A program made the position numbers and the translations under genes. 63,504 bases of DNA from an uncultured Verrucomicrobiota bacterium (lineage in GTDB: Bacteria; Verrucomicrobiota; Verrucomicrobiia; Limisphaerales; UBA9464), in contig CAIRNV010000002.1 of assembly GCA_903880005.1 (NCBI GenBank), forward strand, positions 1 through 63,504. Reading direction: 5' to 3'. This document shows positions 27,700 to 36,745 of this stretch, in pieces. The notes under the pieces are model-generated. The model worked only from the letters and a program-made list of their open reading frames with translations, was not told the DNA's origin and made no database searches. The stretch's first letter is position 1. Each line of letters starts with the position of its first letter.

Positions 27700-30636
27700 A
27701 TGTTGCTGGGCTACCCCCCGCCCGCGCGGGTGTTCCTCGTCCTCCTCGCGTTCGTCCTCGCCGACGCCTCGTCGCTCCATGGCCCGGCCGTTGGCGCCGA
27801 CCCCATCGAGCCACCCGGGTTCACGCCCCGTCCCACGGGCCTGCACGCGTTGGTCAATGCCCGCGTGATGGCCAAGCCCGGCTCCGACTATTCCAACGCC
27901 ACCGTCGTCCTCCGTGACGGGACCATCGAGGCCGTGGGCCCGGGCCTCGCGCCGCCGCCCGGGGCCCGCATTTGGGACATGGCCGGCCTGACCATCTACC
28001 CCGGGTTCGTGGACGCCCACGTCGTCCGACCCGCCACGTCCGCACCCGCGGCGCCACCCGCGCCCGCCACGGCCGACGCCTCGCCCAACCCACAGGACGT
28101 CGGCTCGGGGGTCGCATCCGACCCGCGTTTCCTGGGTGTTCCCGGCCAGGAGCAGGATCCCGGCGGCCCAGGGCCGGGGTCGGCCATCCCCGACGTCACG
28201 CCCCAGGTTCGCCTTGCGGACGGGTACACGCCCGACGCCAAGCTCAACGAGTCCCTGCGCGAGGTGGGCTTCACCGTCGCCAACCTCGCCCCCGAACGCG
28301 GCATCTTCCGCGGCACCGGCGTCGCCGTCGCGCTCGGCCACGCGAGCCCGAACCGATCCATCCTCCGGCCCCAGACTGCCCAGCATGTCTCCTTCAGCCC
28401 GTTGCCCGGACGGGACGGCTACCCGAACTCGCTCATGGGAGCCATCGCGGTGGTGCGGCAGACAGGCCTCGATGCCCGATGGCATCGCGACCGGCGCAAG
28501 GCCTCCCCGGAATCAGCCGGGGCCGAGTTCAACACGGCGCTCGACGCCCTCCAACCGCTCCTCGACCCGACCGATCCGCTCCCGGTCACCTTCGAGCCCG
28601 GCTCAATCCTCATGGCCGACCGCGCCGTGCGACTCGCCGCCGAACTCGGCTGGTCACCCCGAATCCTCGCGTCGGGCCAGGAATGGCGCCGCCCGGACCT
28701 TCTCGCCGGGATGAAGGCGCCCTTCATCGTCCCGGTGGTGTTCCCGGCAGCCCCCAAGCTGCCCACGGACGCCGACTGGGAAGCCGTGCCGCTGGACCTG
28801 CTCCGCCAGTGGGACTGGGCGCCGGAAAACCCCGCCGTGCTGAGGCGCGCCGGGCTCGAAGTGGCCCTGACGACATCCGGCCTTTCCGACCGCAAGGACT
28901 TCCGCCGCCACGTGCGGGCCGCGATCGACCGCGGGCTCTCGGAGGCCGACGCCCTCGCGGCGTTGACGACCGTGCCGGCCCGGCTCTGCGGCCTTGCCGA
29001 CCGGCTCGGGACCATCGAGCCCGGCAAGCGCGCCTTCCTCACCGTCGTGGACGGGTCCTACTTCGCGCCGACGAGCCACGTGCGTTCCGTGTGGATTGAC
29101 GGGGTGGCCTTCCAGTTCCCTTCGCCGCGCGCCGAGGCCAACCCGGGGCCCAAACCCGCCGCCACGACGAACGCGGTCGCCGCCGCCAAGCCGACGGACC
29201 CCGACAAGCGCCTCGCTCGCAACCCCATGAACGGGCGCGGGCCCCTGCTCCATCCGCCCGCCGTCCTCGTGCGCAACGCCACCCTCTGGACCGGCACCAC
29301 CCAAGGCGTCGTCCGCGGCGCCCTGTTGGCCGTCGGCGGTCGCATCACGTCGGTCGGACCGGAGCCGGCGTCGCTGCCGGAGGGGGTCCTGGTGATCGAC
29401 GCGGCCGGCGGGCACGTCTCGCCCGGCATCATCGACTGCCACTCGCACTCCATGATCCTCGGGGCGGTCAACGAGGCCTCGCTTCCCAGCACCGCCATGG
29501 TGCGCATCGCCGACGTCGTCAACTCCGAGTCCGAGAACATCCACCAGCAGCTCGCCGGGGGCGTCACCGCCGTCAACCTCCTCCACGGGTCCGCCAACCC
29601 CATCGGAGGCCAGAATTGCGTCATCAAGCTCCGCGACGGCCAGCCCCCGTCCGGGCTCGTCCTCGCCGACGCGCCCGCCGGCATCAAGTTCGCCCTCGGC
29701 GAGAACGTGAAGCAGTCCAACGCCGGCGACCGCAACACGACCCGCTTCCCCCAGACGCGCATGGGCGTGGGCACGTTCTACATCAATCGCTTCACCGCCG
29801 CCCGCCACTACGCCTCCGAATGGCAACGCTGGCGCGATGCCGGGCAGCAGGCCCCCGCCCCACGTCGCGACCTCGAGCTCGAGGCCCTCGCCGAGATCCT
29901 CCAGGGCTCCCGCCTCATCCATTGCCACTCCTATCGCCAGGACGAAATCCTCGCCTTCCTCCGCACCATGGAGGCCTTCAACGTCCGCGTCGCCACCCTC
30001 CAGCACATCCTCGAAGGCTACAAGGTGGCCGACGAGATCGCCCGCCACGGCGCCGGCGCCTCCGCCTTCGCCGATTGGTGGGCGTACAAGTTCGAGGTCC
30101 TCGACGCCATCCCCTACGCCGGCTCGCTCATGCACCAACGCGGCGTGCTCGTGTCCTTCAACTCCGATTCCTCCGACCACGCCCGCCGCCTCAACTTCGA
30201 GGCCGCCAAGGCCGTCAAGTACGGCGGCACCCCCGAGCCCGACGCCCTGCGCTTCGTCACCACCAACCCCGCCCGGCAGCTCCGCATCGACCACCGCGTG
30301 GGAGCCCTCGCCCCGGGCTTGGACGCCGACTTCGTCCTGTGGTCCGGCAACCCCCTCGACTCCTCCTCCACCTGCCTCGAGACCTGGATCGAGGGCGCCC
30401 GCTACTTCTCACGCGCCCGCGAGGCCGCGCGCGTCGCCGATCTGCGCGAGGAACACGCCGCCCTCGTCGCCAAGGCCCGCAAGGCCTCCAAGGGCGCCGC
30501 CAAGCCCGACAACGCCTCGCCGGCAAAGGCCGACGCCGCACGCGCCCTCTTCTTCCAACGCGCCCTCGAGCACGCTCGATCCCTGGGCGTCGTCGAATGC
30601 CAGGACTGCGACCTCTCCTCCGCCGCACGACCCTGA
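27700..30636 (+). CDS. tandem-module amidohydrolase family protein, secreted
   Basis: Start at MLLGYPPPARVFLVLLAFVLA (27700). The N-terminal module has IYPGFVDAHVV, with no second His. The C-terminal module has the canonical SPGIIDCHSHS, later LIHCHSYRQDE, and SFNSDSSD. Confidence 0.85.
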   Translation: MLLGYPPPARVFLVLLAFVLADASSLHGPAVGADPIEPPGFTPRPTGLHALVNARVMAKPGSDYSNATVVLRDGTIEAVGPGLAPPPGARIWDMAGLTIYPGFVDAHVVRPATSAPAAPPAPATADASPNPQDVGSGVASDPRFLGVPGQEQDPGGPGPGSAIPDVTPQVRLADGYTPDAKLNESLREVGFTVANLAPERGIFRGTGVAVALGHASPNRSILRPQTAQHVSFSPLPGRDGYPNSLMGAIAVVRQTGLDARWHRDRRKASPESAGAEFNTALDALQPLLDPTDPLPVTFEPGSILMADRAVRLAAELGWSPRILASGQEWRRPDLLAGMKAPFIVPVVFPAAPKLPTDADWEAVPLDLLRQWDWAPENPAVLRRAGLEVALTTSGLSDRKDFRRHVRAAIDRGLSEADALAALTTVPARLCGLADRLGTIEPGKRAFLTVVDGSYFAPTSHVRSVWIDGVAFQFPSPRAEANPGPKPAATTNAVAAAKPTDPDKRLARNPMNGRGPLLHPPAVLVRNATLWTGTTQGVVRGALLAVGGRITSVGPEPASLPEGVLVIDAAGGHVSPGIIDCHSHSMILGAVNEASLPSTAMVRIADVVNSESENIHQQLAGGVTAVNLLHGSANPIGGQNCVIKLRDGQPPSGLVLADAPAGIKFALGENVKQSNAGDRNTTRFPQTRMGVGTFYINRFTAARHYASEWQRWRDAGQQAPAPRRDLELEALAEILQGSRLIHCHSYRQDEILAFLRTMEAFNVRVATLQHILEGYKVADEIARHGAGASAFADWWAYKFEVLDAIPYAGSLMHQRGVLVSFNSDSSDHARRLNFEAAKAVKYGGTPEPDALRFVTTNPARQLRIDHRVGALAPGLDADFVLWSGNPLDSSSTCLETWIEGARYFSRAREAARVADLREEHAALVAKARKASKGAAKPDNASPAKADAARALFFQRALEHARSLGVVECQDCDLSSAARP

Positions 30637-32066
30637 TGCATCCGGCCCCTTCGCCACCCCAAGCCCCATCCCCCGCCATGAAATCCCTCGCCTCCGCACG
30701 CCGCGCAGCCGCGGCCCTCGCCCTCCTGCTCGCGGCCAACAAAGGGCCCGTCGCCCACGCCGAATCCATCCGGCTCGAAGGTGCCATCGTCCACACCGTC
30801 TCGGGCCCCTCCCTCACCAACGCACCCGTGCTCCTCCGCGATGGCCGCATCGCCGCCGTCGGCCCCGACGCACTCCAACCCGCCGACCAAGTCGTCTCGC
30901 TGGCCGGGCTCCACCTCTTCCCCGGCCTCGTCGCGCCCATCACCGTCCTGGGCCTCGTCGAGATCGACGGCCTCCGCGCCGCCCGCGACACCACCGAGGT
31001 CGGCGACTACACCCCCGACGTCCACGCATGGATCGCGGTGAACCCGGACTCCGAGCTCATCCCGGTCGCGCGTGCCAACGGCTTCACCCACGCCCAAGCC
31101 GTCCCATCGGGCGGGACGATCGCCGGGCATTCCTCCGTGTTGCGCCTGGATGGCTGGACCATCGAGGACCTCGCCGTGCGCCGGGCCTGCGGGCTTCACC
31201 TCTACTGGCCCTCGTTCGGGCTCGATGTGTCGCCTCGCCCCCCCGGCGCCAAGGCCGACGCATGGAAGTCGCCGGAGGACCAGGTCAAGGAACGCGACAA
31301 GAAACTGCGGGAGATCGACGAGTTCGTGGACCAGGCCTTCGCCTACGACCGCGCCCGCACCGCAGCCGGCCTGGCCCAGACGCCCCCCCTCACGCTCGAC
31401 GCCGCCTCCGGGCGCGGCGCCGGCCTGGTCGAAACCAACGGCTTCCGCCTCGTCCCAGCGTGGGAAGGCATGCTCCAGGTGCTCCATCGCGAGGAACCCG
31501 TGTTCCTCCACGCCGACGACGCGCGCCAGATCGAGTCCGCCGTCGCCTGGGCCGTACGGCGCGGGTTCAAGGCGGTCCTCGCCGGCGGACGCGACGCCGC
31601 TCGGGTCGCACCCTTGCTCGCGACCAACAAGGTTCCCGTCATCTACGAGCACGTCTTCACCCAACCCCCCCGGGACATCGACCCTTACGACGTCCAGTTC
31701 GCGGCGCCCACCCTCCTGCACAAGGCCGGCGTGGAGGTCTCCTTCAGCGAGGGCACCGACCGCTTCGGCGCCTCCTCCATTCGCAACGTCCCCTACGCCG
31801 CCGCCCAGGCCATGGCCTTCGGGCTCCCTCGCATCGAGGCATGGCGCGGCCTCACCCTCTATCCCGCGCGCGCCCTCGGCCTCGCCGACCGCCTCGGCTC
31901 CATCGAGCCCGGCAAGGATGCCACCCTCGTCGCCGTCTCCGGCGACATCCTCGACCTCCGCGTCCAGGTCAGCCGCCTGTGGATCGGCGGGCGCGAGCAA
32001 TCCCTCGCAAGCCGCCACACCCGCCTCTACGACAAGTTCAAGTCCCGGCCCGCCCCAGGCCGATGA
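30636..32066 (+). CDS. amidohydrolase-fold protein lacking the HxH metal dyad, secreted
   Basis: ATG 30636 overlaps the upstream stop (TGATG). An alternative start is at 30678 (MKSLASARRAAAALALLLAA signal). It is homologous in layout to the upstream gene, but the HxH position reads LFPGLVAPIT. Confidence 0.8.
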   Translation: MHPAPSPPQAPSPAMKSLASARRAAAALALLLAANKGPVAHAESIRLEGAIVHTVSGPSLTNAPVLLRDGRIAAVGPDALQPADQVVSLAGLHLFPGLVAPITVLGLVEIDGLRAARDTTEVGDYTPDVHAWIAVNPDSELIPVARANGFTHAQAVPSGGTIAGHSSVLRLDGWTIEDLAVRRACGLHLYWPSFGLDVSPRPPGAKADAWKSPEDQVKERDKKLREIDEFVDQAFAYDRARTAAGLAQTPPLTLDAASGRGAGLVETNGFRLVPAWEGMLQVLHREEPVFLHADDARQIESAVAWAVRRGFKAVLAGGRDAARVAPLLATNKVPVIYEHVFTQPPRDIDPYDVQFAAPTLLHKAGVEVSFSEGTDRFGASSIRNVPYAAAQAMAFGLPRIEAWRGLTLYPARALGLADRLGSIEPGKDATLVAVSGDILDLRVQVSRLWIGGREQSLASRHTRLYDKFKSRPAPGR

Positions 32067-32085
32067 ACCCCAGCCTCCCCCCACG

Positions 32086-32874
32086 ATGAAGCGCCTCGGC
32101 CGCAACCAGGACGGATACCGCGGCCCCGCCATCGAACCAGACGCCCTCATAAGGTTCATGGCCGCGGAGGCCGTTCGCCACGGCTGGTCCCTCGAGGCCC
32201 TGGAGGCCGCCCCCGACGTCGCACTGCCCGTCCTGCAACGCCCCGCTCGCCCCCTCCATCAACGCCCCCTGCGGTGCTACATCTCGGCCGGCATCCACGG
32301 CGACGAACCCGCAGGCCCGCTCGCCGTCCTCGACCTCCTGCGCTCCGGGCTCCTGCCCTCCCACGTGGACTTCACCCTCTGCCCCGTCCTCAACCCCCGC
32401 GGCCTTCGCTCCAACGACCGACACAACACCGAGGGCATCGACCTGAACCGCGACTACAACCACCTCCGCGCCCCGGAAACCCGCGCGCACGTCGAGTGGC
32501 TCTCCTCGCAGGCCCCCTTCGACCTCACCCTCCTCCTCCACGAGGACTGGGAGGCCGCCGGCTTCTACCTCTACGAACTCCATCCGGAACACGCCCAGGG
32601 CCTCGCCCACCACGTCGTGGACGCCGTCGCCCGCGTCTGTCCCATCGAGACCTCCGCCACCATCGACGGACGCGACGCCCACGCCCCCGGCATCATCCGC
32701 CCCTCCATCGACCCAAGCTCGCGACCCGACTGGCCCGAGGCCTTCTGGCTGCTCCAGAACCGAACCGGCCGAAACCTGACGCTCGAAGCCCCCTCCGACT
32801 TCCCGCTCGCCACGCGCGTCGGGGCCCTCGCCGAGGCCGTGCAAGCCGCGCTCGCCTCCTGCCCCGTCCTGTAG
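32086..32874 (+). CDS. M14-like zinc carboxypeptidase / succinylglutamate desuccinylase-aspartoacylase family protein
   Basis: Contains ISAGIHGDEPAG (HxxE zinc motif), NPRG..NTEGIDLNRDY, and LLLHEDWE. Confidence 0.72.
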   Translation: MKRLGRNQDGYRGPAIEPDALIRFMAAEAVRHGWSLEALEAAPDVALPVLQRPARPLHQRPLRCYISAGIHGDEPAGPLAVLDLLRSGLLPSHVDFTLCPVLNPRGLRSNDRHNTEGIDLNRDYNHLRAPETRAHVEWLSSQAPFDLTLLLHEDWEAAGFYLYELHPEHAQGLAHHVVDAVARVCPIETSATIDGRDAHAPGIIRPSIDPSSRPDWPEAFWLLQNRTGRNLTLEAPSDFPLATRVGALAEAVQAALASCPVL

Positions 32875-32897
32875 GCCGCGTGCCCTCACGCGGCGGC
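32874..32897 (+). repeat. 24-bp hairpin repeat, copy 1 (directly after stop codon)
   Basis: GGCCGCGTGCCCTCACGCGGCGGC is repeated exactly at 33007-33030. It contains the 8-bp stem GCCGCGTG/CACGCGGC with loop CCCT. Confidence 0.8.
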
Positions 32898-33001
32898 AAG
32901 GATCCCGCACTTCCGTGCACCGGGGGCAACGTGGCAGCGGCATCCCGCCGCTGGACGCGACCCAGCCAGAGCCAAGACGGTTCTGTCACCTCCCCCTCAT
33001 G

Positions 33002-33097
33002 CTATGGGCCGCGTGCCCTCACGCGGCGGCGGGTTGGTGGCGGGTTGGAAAACCCGCCCTCCTTTCTTCAACCATGGCACCGGGTGAGGTCACCCAC
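33002..33097 (+). repeat. intergenic repeat element, copy B (hairpin repeat copy 2 + GNRA hairpin + conserved tail)
   Basis: 33007-33030 is the exact repeat of 32874-32897. 33040-33057 reads GCGGGTT-GGAA-AACCCGC. 33038-33097 is near-identical to 19821-19882. Confidence 0.75.
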
Positions 33098-33139
33098 TCC
33101 ACAAGCCCGTCGGGCCCCTTACAACCGCATGGTTCCGGC

Positions 33140-34387
33140 TCAATGCTTGGCCGACACCCGCACCAAACCATCGTCGCCGGAGGCCTTCGTCGCGCCCCCA
33201 TGCGTCAGGACGTACAGCGCGCCGTCGGGCCCCAACCCAATGGCCACGGGACCGCCACTGGTGGACTGGAGGAAGGGCTCGCTCTCGCCCGGCTTTCCAG
33301 ACCCGGCATTCACCGGTGCAAACCGGACGGACTTGCGGGCGAAGTCCGCGTAGAACAGGCCGCCCGCGAAGCGCGACGGGAAGCCCGCGCCGCCGGTGGC
33401 ATCGCGATAGATCAACGCGCCGGTGCACGAGGCGCCCGTGTTGCGCTTGTAGGCAAACCAAGGCGAATCAAAGCCTTCCACCCGATTGGTGCGCGACGAC
33501 GTCGCGAGCCCGTCGCCGAACACCCGCGGCCACCCAAAGTTTGCACCGGGCTTCACGCGGTTCACCTCGTCGAAGTCGTCCGCCAAGTCCCCGCCGTTCT
33601 CCCCCACCAGGATCCCCACCACCGGGTCGAAGGACAACGACCACGCCTGCCGGTGCCCCCGCGTGTACACCAGCGGCTGCGCCCCCGCCTGGCCCACGTG
33701 CGGGTTGTCACGGGGAACCGACCCATCCAGCGCCACCCGCAGCACCTTGCCCCGAAGATCACCCACCGACTGCGCCCGGTTCTCGGGGTCGTTGCAGTAC
33801 TTCTGCAAGTTGGCGTTTTGGTTGTTCTCGCCCGTCGTCACGTACAGCAACCGCTCGCGCGGATGCACCAGCAACGCCCCGCCCACGTGTTGCCCCGCCT
33901 TCTCGCCCTCCCACTCCACCACCACCTTCTCGCTGCCAGCCTCCAGCGCAGCCGCCGACCCCTTCCCCGCTACCGTCCACCGCGCCACCCGCGACCGGTA
34001 CTTGCCCTCGGGGGCGTCCTTTTGGTGGTACGACAGGAACACCTGCGGCACCTGCGGGAAATCCGGGTGGAACGCAATCCCGTGCAGCCCGCGATCCCCG
34101 CTCACGTCCGTCTCCACGCCGCCCACGCGATGCGTCGTGCGCGCGCGGACATCCACCCTCCACACATCCCCGGCCCGGCCCGTCACCCATGCCGCGCCAT
34201 CCGGCGCAAACGCCACGTCCATCGGCTCCTTCAGCACGGACGCATCCGCCAGGACCTCGGACTGGAACCCCTCCGGCACCCGGACCTCGGCCCGTATGGA
34301 TGGAAGGTTCATGGCGATGGCCAGCACGGCGCACGCGCTGCGAAGCTGGGTGGCAAGGATCCCGGACCTGCGACGTTCGACATTCAT
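33140..34387 (-). CDS. PQQ-dependent sugar (glucose/sorbosone) dehydrogenase-like beta-propeller, secreted
   Basis: Track ORF trimmed to MNVERRRSGILATQLRSACAVLAIA (ATG 34387). GSDH-like pattern: GLHGIAFHPDF..LYVTTGE..GKVLRV..DGSVPRDNP..YTRGHRQAWSLSFDP..NFGWP. Confidence 0.82.
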   Translation of the reverse strand: MNVERRRSGILATQLRSACAVLAIAMNLPSIRAEVRVPEGFQSEVLADASVLKEPMDVAFAPDGAAWVTGRAGDVWRVDVRARTTHRVGGVETDVSGDRGLHGIAFHPDFPQVPQVFLSYHQKDAPEGKYRSRVARWTVAGKGSAAALEAGSEKVVVEWEGEKAGQHVGGALLVHPRERLLYVTTGENNQNANLQKYCNDPENRAQSVGDLRGKVLRVALDGSVPRDNPHVGQAGAQPLVYTRGHRQAWSLSFDPVVGILVGENGGDLADDFDEVNRVKPGANFGWPRVFGDGLATSSRTNRVEGFDSPWFAYKRNTGASCTGALIYRDATGGAGFPSRFAGGLFYADFARKSVRFAPVNAGSGKPGESEPFLQSTSGGPVAIGLGPDGALYVLTHGGATKASGDDGLVRVSAKH

Positions 34388-35248
34388 GATGGAAGGACAA
34401 CAACTTGCCCGATGCCGCCCAACGTGCACACCGCAAAATCGGCCGGGGCCCGCCCCCATCCGAGATGGCCGACGGGCACGGGGTCCCCCCACCCCATCCA
34501 TCCAGCGTCGGCAGGTGACCCTCGCCGAAACACCACCGGCTCTGCCGGGCCTTGGGGAGAGCCGTCCAATCACCCTTGCGTCGGCATCGCGGACCCTTGG
34601 GGCCAACCCCGCAAGGCGGTCGCCGGGTGACCCCGCCTCTTCCCTTCTCGCGAAACCACGTCCTCGTCCTTCATGCAGCGCCACGGCCGCCCGAACATCC
34701 ATGGATCCATCCAACGCCCTCGCGGGGCTTGCGCCTCGACAGGGCCCGGGGTCTCGGGGCGATGGGGACCCGTTGCGTCGCCTCGTGGCGCCTTGCTCGA
34801 TCACAGGACGGCCCGTTGGGTCTCGCCACGCACATGGGATTCGCCCTTGAACGCCCTCGTTCACGGGAACAACGGTCGAGCATGCAAATTCGATTCGAGG
34901 TGGCGGACTGCGCGGAGACCGGCGGCTAAGCGGCGCGTTGGGATGATCCCGATGGCCGCGGCATCACGACGCAGGGCGACACCCTCGCCGAGCGGGATGC
35001 GATGGTCCGTGACGCGGTGCAGGGCGACTTCGCCAACGACCGAGAGCCCCCGGGAGGCCCAGCTGCACTTCAACGAGGATCCCCTGCTGGCACGGTCATG
35101 AGGGCGCCGCCGAACGTGCATGGCGATCAGGCCGGACTGACGGCGGAGGCATTCGTCGCGGAGTGGTAGGGGGCGTCCCCCCGAGTGGACGAGGCCTCCC
35201 GCAGACGACTCACCCGCATGCGCAATTGACCCGAAGGGATCGCACCGG

Positions 35249-36745
35249 CTACGCCAGCAGTCCTCGGATGACCGCGCCGTGGACGTCCGTCAGCCGACGG
35301 TTGGCCCCGTTGTGGCGCACCACGAGCCGCTCGTGGTCGATGCCCAGCAGGTGCAGCACTGTGGCGTGAAGGTCGTGCGGGGTGGTCACGTCGCGCTCGG
35401 CCTTCCATCCCCAGGGATCGCTCTCCCCAATGGCCGCGCCCGGACGCACCCCAGCCCCCGCCATCCAGCCCACGAAGGTCCCCCCGTTGTGATCACGCCC
35501 CTCCCCATCCTGCGAGAACGGCATGCGCCCGAACTCCGTGTTCCAAAGCACCAACGTGTCATCGAGCAGGCCGCGGGCTCGCAGGTCCCGGATCAACGCG
35601 GCCGCCGGGCGATCCGTGGCCCGGCACATGGGCGGCAGTTCCTTCACGATGCTCTTGTGGTTGTCCCAGTTGTTGCTCGGCCCCCCCGCCCCGCTCCACA
35701 CCTGCACGAAGCGCACGCCCCGCTCCACCAATCGCCGGGCCAGCAGGCAACGACGTCCGAAGTCCTCCGTCACCGGATCGTCCAGCCCGTACAGGCGACG
35801 CGTGGCGTCCGTCTCCGAGCGCAGGTCGAGCGCCTCGGGGGCAGCCAACTGCATGCGAGCCGCCAGCTCGTACGCCTCGATCCTCGCCTCCAGGCGATCG
35901 TCTTCGCCCGCCTGCCGCAGGTGCATGCGGTTGATCGTCCCCAGGACGCCGAGCGCGTCCTCGCCCGCCGCGCCCCCGAGATGCCCCGCGCCCTTGGGCA
36001 AGGCGAGATCCGCCACCGGCCGCTCCAGGTGGGCCTGGATCATCGTGCCTTGGTGGGTCACGGGCAGGAATCCCGCGCTGAAGTTGCCCCGGGCGTTGTA
36101 GGGCAACCCCTTGGAGTCCGGCAACACGACGAACCCGGGCAGGTTGTCGCACTCGCTCCCCAGCGCGTAACCCACCCATGCGCCCATGCAGGGAAAGCCC
36201 GGCAGCAGGAAACCCGTGTTCATCAGGTAGCTCCCGGGCCCGTGCACGTTGGTGCGGGATTGCATCGCCATCAGGAACGCCAGCTCGTCCACGCAACCGC
36301 CCAGGTGGGGAAGCAGGTCGCTCACCCAACGACCGCTCGCACCCCGACGCCGCAGCGGGAACGGCGGCTTCAACACCTTCCCCGGCTCGCTCGTCGGGGC
36401 CTCCACTCGGGCCCCGGACCCCGGGTCGAACCGCTGGCCCGCGCGCCTGTCCAGCTCCGGCTTGTAATCAAACAAGTCCATCTGGCTCGCGCCCCCGTTC
36501 ATGAACAACTGGATCACGCGCCGCACCCGCGGCCGTGTTGGCGCCGGCATCGGACGCCCCACGCCCGCCACGGCACGGGTCCCCGCCTCCGAGGCCATCA
36601 AGCCCTCCGCACCCAACACCGAAGCCAGCCCCACGCCCCCCAACCCACCGCCCAGCCGAGCCACGAATGCCCGCCGGCTCCATCGCGCCATCCGAAGGGG
36701 CCCGCCGCGCCCGTCGCGCCCCTGGTCATCCGTGGTCTTCATCAT
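35249..36745 (-). CDS. DUF1501 domain protein (sulfatase-fold), Tat signal
   Basis: ATG 36745 overlaps the upstream stop (ATGA). Contains SRRAFVARLGGGLGGVG..VIQLFMNGGASQMDLFDYKP..GGPSNNWDNH..TEFGR..GRDHN. Confidence 0.9.
   Translation of the reverse strand: MMKTTDDQGRDGRGGPLRMARWSRRAFVARLGGGLGGVGLASVLGAEGLMASEAGTRAVAGVGRPMPAPTRPRVRRVIQLFMNGGASQMDLFDYKPELDRRAGQRFDPGSGARVEAPTSEPGKVLKPPFPLRRRGASGRWVSDLLPHLGGCVDELAFLMAMQSRTNVHGPGSYLMNTGFLLPGFPCMGAWVGYALGSECDNLPGFVVLPDSKGLPYNARGNFSAGFLPVTHQGTMIQAHLERPVADLALPKGAGHLGGAAGEDALGVLGTINRMHLRQAGEDDRLEARIEAYELAARMQLAAPEALDLRSETDATRRLYGLDDPVTEDFGRRCLLARRLVERGVRFVQVWSGAGGPSNNWDNHKSIVKELPPMCRATDRPAAALIRDLRARGLLDDTLVLWNTEFGRMPFSQDGEGRDHNGGTFVGWMAGAGVRPGAAIGESDPWGWKAERDVTTPHDLHATVLHLLGIDHERLVVRHNGANRRLTDVHGAVIRGLLA

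Noticed and set aside
34861-35121. 86-aa minus-strand ORF in the 860-bp gap
   Set aside because: No start context and no recognisable family. The third-position GC bias favours the opposite strand over part of its length. It is treated as part of a possible decayed region rather than a gene.
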